Shown one piece after another: positions 1 through 10,300 of a DNA stretch of 64,000 nucleotides. A program made the position numbers and the translations under genes. The stretch spans positions 384,188 to 448,187 of the forward strand of contig JAXLQW010000001.1 in assembly GCA_046331385.1 (NCBI GenBank), read 5' to 3'. Origin of the DNA: Thermoanaerobaculia bacterium. Lineage in GTDB: Bacteria > Acidobacteriota > Thermoanaerobaculia > Multivoradales > JAGPDF01. The notes under the pieces were generated by a model. It was not told the origin of the DNA and made no database searches. It was given only the letters and a program-made list of their open reading frames with translations. Position 1 is the stretch's first letter. Each line of letters starts with the position of its first letter.

Positions 1-426
1 GGCGTCGAGGAAGTGCACGAACCGCCGGCTCCAGAGTACGCACACCGGTTCGCGGCGGCCGAGCTCGAGCGCCCGCCGGCCCGGGGCGCTGCGCAGGCTG
101 CGCGGCAGGTGGAAAGTGCGGATCTCGTCGACCAGGAAAGCGACGCCGGCGCGCAGCAGTGTGCTCCCCGGCATCTCGGCCTGCGAGCCGTCGGGACCGA
201 GCACCAACACGCGCGAGCCGCTCGATCCGGGAACGAACGCGCTGCCCAGGGGAGCCTCGAATCCGGTCGCGCCTTCGTCGCCGCCGGAGGGCAGCTCGAC
301 GCGCCATCGGCGCGCCGCCAGCTGCAGGCGGAAGATGGCGAGCAAGTCGTCGCCGAGGGAGCGCGGCTCGACGATCGCGTAGCCGCTGGCGGTGGATGGA
401 GCGACCACACGAGAGCCGGTGCGCAT
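1..426 (-). CDS. Hypothetical protein, 3'-truncated by window edge
   Basis: Manually translated stop-free frame from ATG at 426 (MRTGSRVVAPSTASGYAIVEPRSLGDDLLAIFRLQL...) off the left edge; co-oriented with the upstream regulator; no family recognised. Confidence 0.5.
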   Translation of the reverse strand, partial: MRTGSRVVAPSTASGYAIVEPRSLGDDLLAIFRLQLAARRWRVELPSGGDEGATGFEAPLGSAFVPGSSGSRVLVLGPDGSQAEMPGSTLLRAGVAFLVDEIRTFHLPRSLRSAPGRRALELGRREPVCVLWSRRFVHFLDA

Positions 427-511
427 GGCTAGATCCGGATCGCGAATCGGCGCAGGCCGACGCGCGGCGCGCCGCCGTCCGGGCGCGCTACGCGACTGGG
501 CGAGGAGCGGC

Positions 512-1057
512 TCACGCTTCCGAAGGCTCCGGCGAGGCGGCGTTGCGCAGCTCCTCGAGGCCTGGGAAGCGCGCGTCGGGCCAGTGCTTCTCGAACGGAT
601 CGGGCTCGCGCGACGTGCCGCGGATGCGCCGGTAGAGGTCGCGCTGGCGCTGGGCTTGGAGAGCGCTGTCGGTGGCCAGGCGCTCGAACGGGCGCGGCAA
701 CTCGAACATGAACGCGAGCAGCAGGTCGAGATCCTCGCGGTCGAGCAGGTAGGGCTCGAGGGCACGCGTCAAGCCGCGACGAAAGACCGTCTCCCAAGCG
801 TAGATCGGGGTGTAGATGTTGGGTATCGGCGGCGAGGTGCGCTTGGCACGCAGGTATTTCTTGGCCGCGAGCCGCTGCAGCAGCGTCATGATCGTCTGGA
901 TGGTGCGCGGCGAGCTGGCGTCGCTCGCGTTCCAGTCGAGTCGCTGCTCGAGATACTCGAACACGTCGCGCGCGGTGCCCTGGCCGAGCTTGCACAACGC
1001 GCCGTAGAGCATGAGCTCGGTGGGCGCCAGCGGTTCCAGCTTGTCGAGCTTCGTCAT
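512..1057 (-). CDS. BlaI/MecI/CopY-family transcriptional regulator with C-terminal extension
   Basis: N-terminus LAPTELMLYGALCKLGQGTARDVFEYL...TIQTIMTLLQRLAAKKYL matches the penicillinase-repressor winged helix; SD-like GAGGAGA upstream on minus strand. Confidence 0.75.
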   Translation of the reverse strand: MTKLDKLEPLAPTELMLYGALCKLGQGTARDVFEYLEQRLDWNASDASSPRTIQTIMTLLQRLAAKKYLRAKRTSPPIPNIYTPIYAWETVFRRGLTRALEPYLLDREDLDLLLAFMFELPRPFERLATDSALQAQRQRDLYRRIRGTSREPDPFEKHWPDARFPGLEELRNAASPEPSEA

Positions 1058-1219
1058 CGGTCGTCTCCTCTCGGCACGGCGACCCGCCGCGGGTCGCTGT
1101 CCTCGTCCGCCCGGAGACTACCACCGGTTCGACCGTTGCGGTAGGGGGGCGGGAGCCGCGCCGCGGTCGACGATCGACGGCGGAGTGGGGGCATAGGAGA
1201 ATCCGATCGGAGGAGCGCG

Positions 1220-2044
1220 ATGGCCGAGTTGCTGGAGACCGCGAGACGGGCAGCGCGGGCGGGGGCGGAAGTCCTGCGTCGCAGCTTCCGCGACGAGCGC
1301 CTGCTGATCGAGACCAAGGCGAGGAACGACTTCGTCACTTCGGCCGATCGCGCCAGCGAGGCCGCGGTGGTGGCGGAGATCGTGAAGCGGCATCCGGGGC
1401 ATCGGATCCTCGCCGAAGAGGGCTCGAGCAACCCGGCGGCCGACGACGTTCTCGAGTGGGTCATCGATCCGCTCGACGGCACCACCAACTTCCTCCAGGG
1501 TCTGCCGGTCTTCGCCGTCTCGGTGGCGTGTCGCCGCGGCCACGAGGTCCTCGCCGGCGTGGTCATCGACCCCCTGCGCGGCGACGAATTCGCGGCCGAG
1601 CGCGGCGCCGGCGCCTACCTCGGCGATCGCCGTCTCGCGGCTTCGCCACGGCCCGGGCTCGACGGCGCCTTTCTCGCCACCGGCTATCCGTTCCGCGCCC
1701 AAGCGGCGCTCGATCTCTACCTCGCGGTCTTCCGCCGCGTCTTCCTGCGCGCGCGCGCGATCCGCCGCTGCGGCGCGGCGGCCCTCGATCTGGCCAACTG
1801 CGCGGCCGGCGTCTACGACGGCTTCTTCGAGTTTCGCCTCTCGCCGTGGGACATCGCGGCCGGAGCGCTGCTGCTCACGGAAGCCGGGGGCGCGATCTCG
1901 GACCTCGGCGGCGGCGAGCGCCACTGGAGCGGCGGCAACGTGCTCGCCGGCGGAGCCGCCGTCCACCGGGCGCTGGTGACCGAGGTCGGGCCGCTGGCGA
2001 GCGAGGAAGAGCTCGATCGACTGGTGCCGATCGGCGCCGGCTGA
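1220..2044 (+). CDS. suhB: Inositol monophosphatase family protein (SuhB)
   Basis: DFVTSADRASE, WVIDPLDGTTNF, GAAALDL and PWDIAAG motifs; GGAG RBS. Confidence 0.92.
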   Translation: MAELLETARRAARAGAEVLRRSFRDERLLIETKARNDFVTSADRASEAAVVAEIVKRHPGHRILAEEGSSNPAADDVLEWVIDPLDGTTNFLQGLPVFAVSVACRRGHEVLAGVVIDPLRGDEFAAERGAGAYLGDRRLAASPRPGLDGAFLATGYPFRAQAALDLYLAVFRRVFLRARAIRRCGAAALDLANCAAGVYDGFFEFRLSPWDIAAGALLLTEAGGAISDLGGGERHWSGGNVLAGGAAVHRALVTEVGPLASEEELDRLVPIGAG

Positions 2045-2060
2045 CCGGCGCGATCCGACG

Positions 2061-3104
2061 ATGAGCGACGAGTCGCGGCACGACACGATCGAGATCCAGA
2101 TCCATCCGATCGACGTGCGCGGTCGGGTCAGGTCGATGCGCGCCCGACGCCAGCAGCTGCGCTGGCTGCGCGTCCTGGCGGGCGCCTACTTGCTCTTCCT
2201 GGTCGCCGGGCTCGGCACCGCGCCGCGCGTCGTCGGCGGCCTGCTGCGCCACAGCGAGTACCGCATCCAGCTCGCGCGCCGCGGTCAGCAGGGCGAGCGC
2301 CTGCAGGCGCTGGTCGATCGACTGGCCGAGCTCGGCCGTCAGACGCGCGATCTCGAGCACCGGGTGGAGAAGATCCACGACCTCTACGGGTTGGCGCCCG
2401 AGCCGGCGATCGAGGACCTTCCTCCGGGGCCCGTCGCCGGCGAGCGTTCGATTTTCGCGGCGACGATCGAGCGTGGGGAGACTCTGCTCGCGGACGTCGG
2501 GCGGCGCTCGGCGCGGCTCGATCGTCAGCTCGGCCAGGTGCGCGAGTTCGAGGTGGCGCATCCCGAGGCGGCGCCGGCGCTCCCGGCGGCCCTGCCGCTC
2601 GAAGGAACGCGCTGGGTGCTCACCAGTCTCTTCGGTACGCGACGCAGCCCGTTCACCCGCGACCTCGAATTCCACACCGGCATCGATCTGGCTTCGCCGC
2701 TCGGCACCTCGGTGTTGGCCGCCGGCGCTGGCGCGGTGGTCTACGCCGGACCGGTGCCGGTCGCCAAGGCGAGCAGCTGGTGGCGTCTGGGAAACGTGGT
2801 CGTGGTGCGCCACGGCGATCGCTTCCTGTCGATCTACGGCCACTTGGATCGCATCCTGGTCGTGCCGGGAACGAAGGTGCGCCGCGGGCAGGCGATCGCC
2901 ACCGTCGGCAGCTCGGGCTGGTCGAGCGCCCCGCACCTCCATTTCGAGGTCTGGCAGCGGGTCGGCGGCGCGGGCTTCTCGCCGCTCGATCCGCGCGCCG
3001 CGATTCTCGATCGCCGATTCGGCCAGGAGGTTCCGGTCTCGCCGGCGGCGGCCGGAGAAGCCCCGGCCTTCGCGCCTCTGCCGCCGGCGTTCCTGCGCGG
3101 CTAG
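2061..3104 (+). CDS. M23 family metallopeptidase with N-terminal TM and coiled coil
   Basis: FHTGIDL (HxxxD), IYGHL and APHLHFEV (HxH) motifs. Confidence 0.9.
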   Translation: MSDESRHDTIEIQIHPIDVRGRVRSMRARRQQLRWLRVLAGAYLLFLVAGLGTAPRVVGGLLRHSEYRIQLARRGQQGERLQALVDRLAELGRQTRDLEHRVEKIHDLYGLAPEPAIEDLPPGPVAGERSIFAATIERGETLLADVGRRSARLDRQLGQVREFEVAHPEAAPALPAALPLEGTRWVLTSLFGTRRSPFTRDLEFHTGIDLASPLGTSVLAAGAGAVVYAGPVPVAKASSWWRLGNVVVVRHGDRFLSIYGHLDRILVVPGTKVRRGQAIATVGSSGWSSAPHLHFEVWQRVGGAGFSPLDPRAAILDRRFGQEVPVSPAAAGEAPAFAPLPPAFLRG

Positions 3105-4105
3105 AAGTCGAACAGCGGGACCGCCGCCGGCCTCGTCCGCGCGAGCTCCGCCGATCGCCCGGCCCGCTCGCCCGGGAGTCGCCACACGGGCAGATCGCGC
3201 AGCAGCTCCGGCCGCGCCGCGAGCAACCCGGCGGCCGCGTCTCGATGCCGCCGAGCGGCTCCGGCGCAGGCCAACAGGCGCAGACCCGAGCGCACGAAGG
3301 CTCGCAGCTCGATGGCCGCCAGCGCCGCCGGCTCGCCCGCGGCGAGCAGGACGGTGGCGCCTCCCGGGCGAGCGAACGCCACCCCATCGCGCACCACGCG
3401 GGGGTCGCCGTCGGTTGCCAGCACCAACTCGGCGCCGAGTCCCTGCGACAGCTCCCGAACCGCCTTGGCGAGCTGACGGCCGGGCTCGACGGTGCGCGTC
3501 GCGCCGAGGGCACGCGCGATCCGCCGGCTCTCCTCGTCGCTCGCGACCACGACGGTTCGCCAGTGCGGCGCGAGATGGCGCAGCACGGCGAGCGCCGTCA
3601 GGCCGTGGGCGCCGCCGCCGTCGATGACCGCGACCGCGTCGGCGCGGCGAGCGAACCCGGCGGGCTCGGCCCAGCCCGCGGATTCGAAGCCGGCGAGCGC
3701 GTCGGCGACGATCCCGAGCCGTACCGCGTCGTCGTCGGCGACCTCCACCGGCGGGGCCCAGGCCGCGGCCAGTCGCTCGGCGTCGAGCGCGATTCGGTCG
3801 GTTCCCGCGTCCGCCGGCAGCTCGCGTTCGGCGAGCCGCGCGCACGCGTGCTCGGCGCCGAGCACGCAGTGCCGGCACTTGCCGCAAGGCAGACGCAGCG
3901 GCACGACGAGTCGCGTCCCGGCGCCGATTCCGAGCGGCGCGCCGCTGCCGCGCTCGATCACGGTTCCGAGGAGGTCCCCCCGGCGCGCGAAGCTCGTCCC
4001 ACGGCGCTGCGCCAGGATCTCGTCCGGATCGATGCGCAGCCGTTCGCCGCGCAAGACGACGCCGCGCGGATCGAGCAGCGAGAGTCCGTTCGACGGTCGC
4101 GACAC
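3101..4105 (-). CDS. Medium-chain (zinc-binding) dehydrogenase-like protein, degenerate catalytic site
   Basis: Structural Zn motif CGKCRHC-x7-C and Rossmann GGGAHG present; GHE catalytic motif reads GDL; GTG start. Confidence 0.7.
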   Translation of the reverse strand: MSRPSNGLSLLDPRGVVLRGERLRIDPDEILAQRRGTSFARRGDLLGTVIERGSGAPLGIGAGTRLVVPLRLPCGKCRHCVLGAEHACARLAERELPADAGTDRIALDAERLAAAWAPPVEVADDDAVRLGIVADALAGFESAGWAEPAGFARRADAVAVIDGGGAHGLTALAVLRHLAPHWRTVVVASDEESRRIARALGATRTVEPGRQLAKAVRELSQGLGAELVLATDGDPRVVRDGVAFARPGGATVLLAAGEPAALAAIELRAFVRSGLRLLACAGAARRHRDAAAGLLAARPELLRDLPVWRLPGERAGRSAELARTRPAAVPLFDF

Positions 4106-4108
4106 GCC

Positions 4109-4117
4109 TATAATCTA
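4109..4117. promoter_or_regulatory. Overlapping divergent -10 elements
   Basis: TATAAT at 4109-4114 (+) before the PilZ gene (ATG 4129); TAGATT on minus strand (4117-4112) 6 nt before GTG 4105. Confidence 0.55.
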
Positions 4118-4128
4118 GCCGACCGACC

Positions 4129-4920
4129 ATGGAACGACGGGGAGATCGTCGCATCGCGCGCCGCCTGGAGATCCGCTTCTGGCGGCGGGGCGAGGCCCAG
4201 GCGCATTCGGCCTTCACCACCAACGTATCGGCCTCCGGGCTCTATCTGGCGACCGGGCAAGCGCTGCAGCACGGAGAGCGCTTGCGATTGGAGGTGGTCG
4301 ATGCCCGCCGCGGGTTCGTGGTGGAGGCGCGGGTGGCGCGCGTGCGCCGCGTCGCCGTGGCGTTGCGTCAGGTCGATCAGGCGGGCGTCGGAGTCCGTTT
4401 TCTCTCGCCGGGTGAGCTGTTGATCGACCTGCTCTCCGGGGGACGGCCGCTCGCCGGCCTAGCAGCGGACGAAGTGCCGGTCGAGGCTCTCGGGTCCGAG
4501 TCGGTCGCGGTCGCGGAGTCGACGCCGCGATCCGCCGCGACGGCCTCTGCGCCGCCGGCGCCCCAACCGCGGGTCGAATCGCTCGTCAAGTCGCAGTTGC
4601 GAATCGACTTTCCCGACGCCGATTCGTTCCTGCAGGCTTACTACCGAGAAATCGTGCATGGCGGCATCTTCCTGTCGACCGAGGCGCCGGCGGCGGTGGG
4701 CGAGGAGGTCGAGGTCGAGATCGTGGTGCCGCTACCGGCGGTGACTCCCCTGCGCGCCCTGGCCACCGTCGCTCAGCGCAGCGAGCCGCGCGCCGCGGTC
4801 GGCGCCGGGAGGAACCTCCTCGCGGGGTTGGCGTTGCGCTTCCGTGATCCGCGCGGACTCTTGGCCGCCCTCGATCCGCTGCGCCAGCGGTTGCGGGACA
4901 TCCGCCAGCGCGGCTACTGA
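4129..4920 (+). CDS. Tandem PilZ-domain protein
   Basis: N-terminal RxxxR (RGDRR) and NVSASG (D/NxSxxG); second PilZ-like domain (YYREIVHGGIFLST). Confidence 0.8.
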   Translation: MERRGDRRIARRLEIRFWRRGEAQAHSAFTTNVSASGLYLATGQALQHGERLRLEVVDARRGFVVEARVARVRRVAVALRQVDQAGVGVRFLSPGELLIDLLSGGRPLAGLAADEVPVEALGSESVAVAESTPRSAATASAPPAPQPRVESLVKSQLRIDFPDADSFLQAYYREIVHGGIFLSTEAPAAVGEEVEVEIVVPLPAVTPLRALATVAQRSEPRAAVGAGRNLLAGLALRFRDPRGLLAALDPLRQRLRDIRQRGY

Positions 4921-5004
4921 GGTCGGCTCCGCTGGCCGTCCCTGTGGAATAATCGCTCGCGCTCCGGGGTCCCTCGGAGCGCCGATCCCGATGGAGGCAC
5001 CCGC

Positions 5005-5436
5005 ATGCCCTACAGTCCCCTGCTGGTTCGCCCGATGCGCGAGGAGTTGACGGCGGCCGGTTTCGAAGAACTGCGCACCCCGGAAGAGGTCGATCGCTTC
5101 CTCGCCGCGCCGGCGGGGACTGCCCTGCTGGTGGTCAACTCGGTCTGCGGCTGCGCCGCCGGCATGGCGCGCCCGGGGGTTCGCCTGGCGCTCCAGGCCG
5201 GACCGCGGCCCGAGCGCCTGGGAACGGTCTTCGCCGGCCAGGACGTCGATGCCACCGCGCGCGCGCGCTCGTTCTTCGCCGACTTGCCGCCCTCCTCGCC
5301 GTCGATGTTCCTGTTCAAGAACGGCGAGCTGGTGTGGGCCCTGCCTCGCCATCGGATCGAGGGGCGCGACGCCTTGGCGGTGGCGCAGGAGCTGCGCGCG
5401 GCGTTCGAACGCCACTGCGCGACGGTCGCGGTCTGA
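5005..5436 (+). CDS. BrxA/BrxB family bacilliredoxin (YphP/YqiW-like)
   Basis: VNSVCGCAAGMARPG (CGC motif), TVFAGQD, PSSPS; typical N-terminus MPYSPLLVRPMREELT. Confidence 0.92.
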   Translation: MPYSPLLVRPMREELTAAGFEELRTPEEVDRFLAAPAGTALLVVNSVCGCAAGMARPGVRLALQAGPRPERLGTVFAGQDVDATARARSFFADLPPSSPSMFLFKNGELVWALPRHRIEGRDALAVAQELRAAFERHCATVAV

Positions 5437-5453
5437 GGTCGGCGGACGGCGCG

Positions 5454-5735
5454 TTGGGAACGTTCCACTCCGATACCCATCCGTTGCACGGCATCACGGT
5501 CGTGGTCGAGACCCGCGATGCAGCGCTCTACGTCGGCCGCTGCGACGACGTGACCGAGAGCGAAGTGCGGCTGCGCGACGCCGAGGCGCACCGCTCCGGG
5601 GGCGACGGCTCGGCGCGCGAGCAGTTCCTGGCGCGGGTCGCGCGGGTGGGGCAGTGGCCGCAACTGAAGGTCGTCCGTCTCGAGCGCGCCGAGGTGGTTT
5701 CGCTGCGCCCGCTCGCCGAGGTCGCATCCGCGTGA
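5454..5735 (+). CDS. Small hypothetical protein
   Basis: TTG start, 93 aa (LGTFHSDTHPLHGITVVVETRD...); fills the gap between two + strand genes; GTGA overlap with the next gene. Confidence 0.6.
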   Translation: MGTFHSDTHPLHGITVVVETRDAALYVGRCDDVTESEVRLRDAEAHRSGGDGSAREQFLARVARVGQWPQLKVVRLERAEVVSLRPLAEVASA

Positions 5736-6109
5736 AGCCCGAGCGCGCTCTCGCCTCCGGCGCGCTCGCCTGCGCGATCGCCGTGGCGGCGGGGGCACTC
5801 GGGGCGCATCTGCTGCGCGCGCGGCTCGATCCCGAGAACCTGGCGCGCTGGGAGACCGCGGCGCGCTACCTGGGAATCGCGGGCCTCGGTGCGATCGGCG
5901 CCGCGCTGGCGGCGAGGACGAGAGGCGACGGCGCGCCCGATGCCGCGGTGCTGGTCGCGGGCGGCGCCGGCTTCGCCCTCGCCGTCGGCGGACTGGCGCT
6001 CGGCGGGCCCTTCTGGCTGGGGGCGCTCGCGCCCTTCGGCGGTCTGGCGATCATCTCCGGATTCGTCTGGTTCGCGGCCCGCGCCGGTCGCCCGCCTTCC
6101 GGTCGCTGA
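5732..6109 (+). CDS. DUF423 (YgdD/TMEM256) family membrane protein
   Basis: GALGAHLL, WETAARY, LGALAPFGG; GTG start overlapping previous TGA. Confidence 0.8.
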   Translation: MKPERALASGALACAIAVAAGALGAHLLRARLDPENLARWETAARYLGIAGLGAIGAALAARTRGDGAPDAAVLVAGGAGFALAVGGLALGGPFWLGALAPFGGLAIISGFVWFAARAGRPPSGR

Positions 6110-6137
6110 GCCCGGAGCTCGAAAAGGAGTCGTCTCC

Positions 6138-7769
<1,632 letters not shown>

Positions 7770-7782
7770 TTCCGGCCCCGAC

Positions 7783-9198
7783 TCAGGGCGCCGTCGGCGG
7801 CGGGAGGATCTGCCACTGCTCGCCCGCCGCGTCGGTGACCACGACGCGGCGGGCCACGGCGCCGGCGGGGAAGGCGAGCTCGCGCGTCGCCCCCGACGGT
7901 CCAGCGGCGAGCGGCGGGTCGACCGTCGACTCGATTTCGCCCTCCGCCGATTTCCAAGCTCGCGCCAAGCGCAAGACCGAAGCGGCGGAGGTCAACCGGC
8001 GGATCCGCCAGGCGGCAGCGCCGGGATCGACGAGCTCCGCCAGCCGGCTGCGGGCCGCCGGCGGGCTCCAGCCGTCGACGGCGGCCCGCGCTCGCGCCGC
8101 CAACACGGCGTCGGGCGTGCCGCTGCGCACCATGCGCGGCGAGGAGAGGCGTCGGCCGTCCTTCGCCCAGGTCACCACCAACGGGGTGAGCTCGCCCGGA
8201 GCGCCGGTCGGCGCGCGGAACCAGACGATCGAGCGTTTGCCGAAGTCGCGGATCTCGGCCGCCAGACGGGTGCCCGAGCCGACGATGGTGCCGCCGGTGC
8301 CTCGCAGCAGCGTCTGCCAGGGCAGGTAGGTCGGATCGAGCGCGCGCTCGACCGACGCCGAGTCGCCGAGCTTCGACTTGCGCGTCTTGGTCGACAGCAC
8401 CGGAAAGGTGACCCGCCGATCGCCCGTCGGACCTGGTTCGACCCTCACGTCGGCTTCGCGATCCAGGGTCTCGGATTTCTCGCTCGCCCTCCGGATCGCC
8501 ACCCCTTCGAGGATCCAACCGTAGCTGCCGACGGTCTCGCCGGCGCGGGCGAAGGCGCGCTCGGACTCGGTCTCCTGCGGCGAGGTCCAGCGCTCGAGCT
8601 CATCGGTCGGGATCGCGAAGGCGGAGATCGGCGCCAGCACCAGCCCGGGCGACTGTGTGGGCAGGGTGCCGAGCGCCGCGACCAGCCGATCGAGCGCCGC
8701 GACCGCGGCGCTTGGCGTGCCGGCGGCCGGAGTCGTCTCGGCGGCCGCCTGGCGGGCGATCTCCCCCAGCGCGGCCGCGAGCGCGGCGCGATCCCCGTGC
8801 TGCACCACGACCCGCGGCCAAGGGTCGGCCACCACGACGGTCGCGGAGCGGTAGCCGGCGAGGTCCTCGGCGGCGTCGGCGAGGGCCAGGGCCGCGGCGG
8901 CGCGGGTCGCGCCGTCGGCGAGACCGCCGTCGATCCAGACCAACACGTCGGCGGCCCGCGCCACCGACTCGACTCGGCTCACCGTGCGCGCCGAGCCGGC
9001 TTCGGTGACCAACAGGGCGCCGGGCGCGACCCCACCGGCGCGCGCCGCGGCCGGCAGGCCGGTGAAGTCGACCAGCACGCCGACCTCGCGCACCTCGACC
9101 TGCTCCTCGAACGACGGCGGCGCGGCGGCGGAAGCGGCCGAGGCGCAGGCCGCGAGGAGGAGAAGCGAAGCGGGAACGACGCGCGCAACGGCGATCAT
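7783..9198 (-). CDS. Secreted hypothetical protein, possibly VWA-like
   Basis: Signal-peptide-like N-terminus (MIAVARVVPASLLLLAACASAASA) then FEEQVEVREVGVLVDF, a pattern typical of acidobacterial VWFA-related proteins. Confidence 0.6.
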   Translation of the reverse strand: MIAVARVVPASLLLLAACASAASAAAPPSFEEQVEVREVGVLVDFTGLPAAARAGGVAPGALLVTEAGSARTVSRVESVARAADVLVWIDGGLADGATRAAAALALADAAEDLAGYRSATVVVADPWPRVVVQHGDRAALAAALGEIARQAAAETTPAAGTPSAAVAALDRLVAALGTLPTQSPGLVLAPISAFAIPTDELERWTSPQETESERAFARAGETVGSYGWILEGVAIRRASEKSETLDREADVRVEPGPTGDRRVTFPVLSTKTRKSKLGDSASVERALDPTYLPWQTLLRGTGGTIVGSGTRLAAEIRDFGKRSIVWFRAPTGAPGELTPLVVTWAKDGRRLSSPRMVRSGTPDAVLAARARAAVDGWSPPAARSRLAELVDPGAAAWRIRRLTSAASVLRLARAWKSAEGEIESTVDPPLAAGPSGATRELAFPAGAVARRVVVTDAAGEQWQILPPPTAP

Positions 9199-9290
9199 GG
9201 TCGGCTCCTGGAGCGGATCCACTCCATCGGATCTTCTGGAACGAATCCGCTTGCAAGACGCATGCTGCCGAACCGCGGATCGCGCGCCGG

Positions 9291-10091
9291 TCACGGCGCG
9301 ACCATCACCGGGCAGGGGGAGAGCTGGAGGAGCTTGTCGGCGACGCTGCCGACGAGGAGGCCGGAGAGGCCACCGCGGCCGCGGCGCCCGAGCGCCACTA
9401 GATCCGTCTTGTGGTGGGTGAGGTCGAGCAGCGCCGCGGCGGGCGAGCCTTGGACGACGTGTAGCGGCCAGTCGAGGCCGGGGGCCGCCGCTTGCAGGCC
9501 GCGCGTCAGCTCGTCCGCTTCGGGGCGCCACTCGCCGTGCGCCACGGCGACGGCGCGCACCTCGGCCGCCGGGAACCAGGTGGCGATCGCCGCCGCGGCG
9601 CCGAAGGCAGGCGGCGATCCGTCGAGGGCGACGAGCACCCGCCGCGGCGGGGCGGCGGGCGAGTCGCCGCGCACCACCACCACCGGCGACGGCGCGGTGC
9701 GCGTCACTTCGTTACTGACGCTGCCGAGCAGAGCGCGGCGGGCGCGCGAGCCGTGCTGCCCGACGACCAGCAGGCGGGGCTCGTCAAGCTCGCCGACGGC
9801 TTCGATCAGGGCTTCCGCCGGCAGCCAGCGACGAACCAGGGTCGCGATCGGCGGTCCGGCGGCGCGGATTGCGCTCGCGCGCCGGGCGATCCGCTCGCGC
9901 GCTGCCTCCTCGGAGAGAGCGACGATGTCCTCGGGCGGGCGCCCGAAGCCGTGCGGCGTGACGGCGGGCAGCGGCAGTCCGTGGACCAGGTGGAGCGTCA
10001 GGTCGCCGATGGCGCTCGCCGTGGCCACCGCCCAGCCGCAGGCGGCCTCGCTGCCGGGGCTGCCGTCCCAGCCGACGATCCAGTGCCTCAT
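9291..10091 (-). CDS. Universal stress protein, tandem UspA domains
   Basis: IVGWDGS...LLGSVSNEVTRTAPSPVVVVR and VLVALDGS...LVGSVADKLLQLSPCPVMV. Confidence 0.92.
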   Translation of the reverse strand: MRHWIVGWDGSPGSEAACGWAVATASAIGDLTLHLVHGLPLPAVTPHGFGRPPEDIVALSEEAARERIARRASAIRAAGPPIATLVRRWLPAEALIEAVGELDEPRLLVVGQHGSRARRALLGSVSNEVTRTAPSPVVVVRGDSPAAPPRRVLVALDGSPPAFGAAAAIATWFPAAEVRAVAVAHGEWRPEADELTRGLQAAAPGLDWPLHVVQGSPAAALLDLTHHKTDLVALGRRGRGGLSGLLVGSVADKLLQLSPCPVMVAP

Positions 10092-10198
10092 CGCCGGTCA
10101 GTATCCCACGGACGGTCGCGGGCGATCAGCGATCTCCCCCGCGCGCGGGACCCCGTCCGGCTCGCTGACCCCGCCGCAAGTTCCTGCCGCGTCGAGGC

Positions 10199-10227
10199 TT
10201 GCCGGCCGCGCGACGGGCGGGTACGAT
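10199..10227 (+). promoter_or_regulatory. Candidate sigma70 promoter of the TonB receptor gene
   Basis: TTGCCG-N17-TACGAT. Confidence 0.45.
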
Positions 10228-10300
10228 GGGCGGCAATTGATCCATCATGCTCCCGGCGCGGTGCGCGCTCGCGAGGAGCTGTCCGGAGGAGGACGATCGA

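Noticed and set aside
10092-10300. Possible cobalamin or other riboswitch before the TonB receptor gene
   Set aside because: No conserved riboswitch core motifs recognised by eye; a candidate promoter lies only ~70 nt before the start. An Rfam scan would settle it
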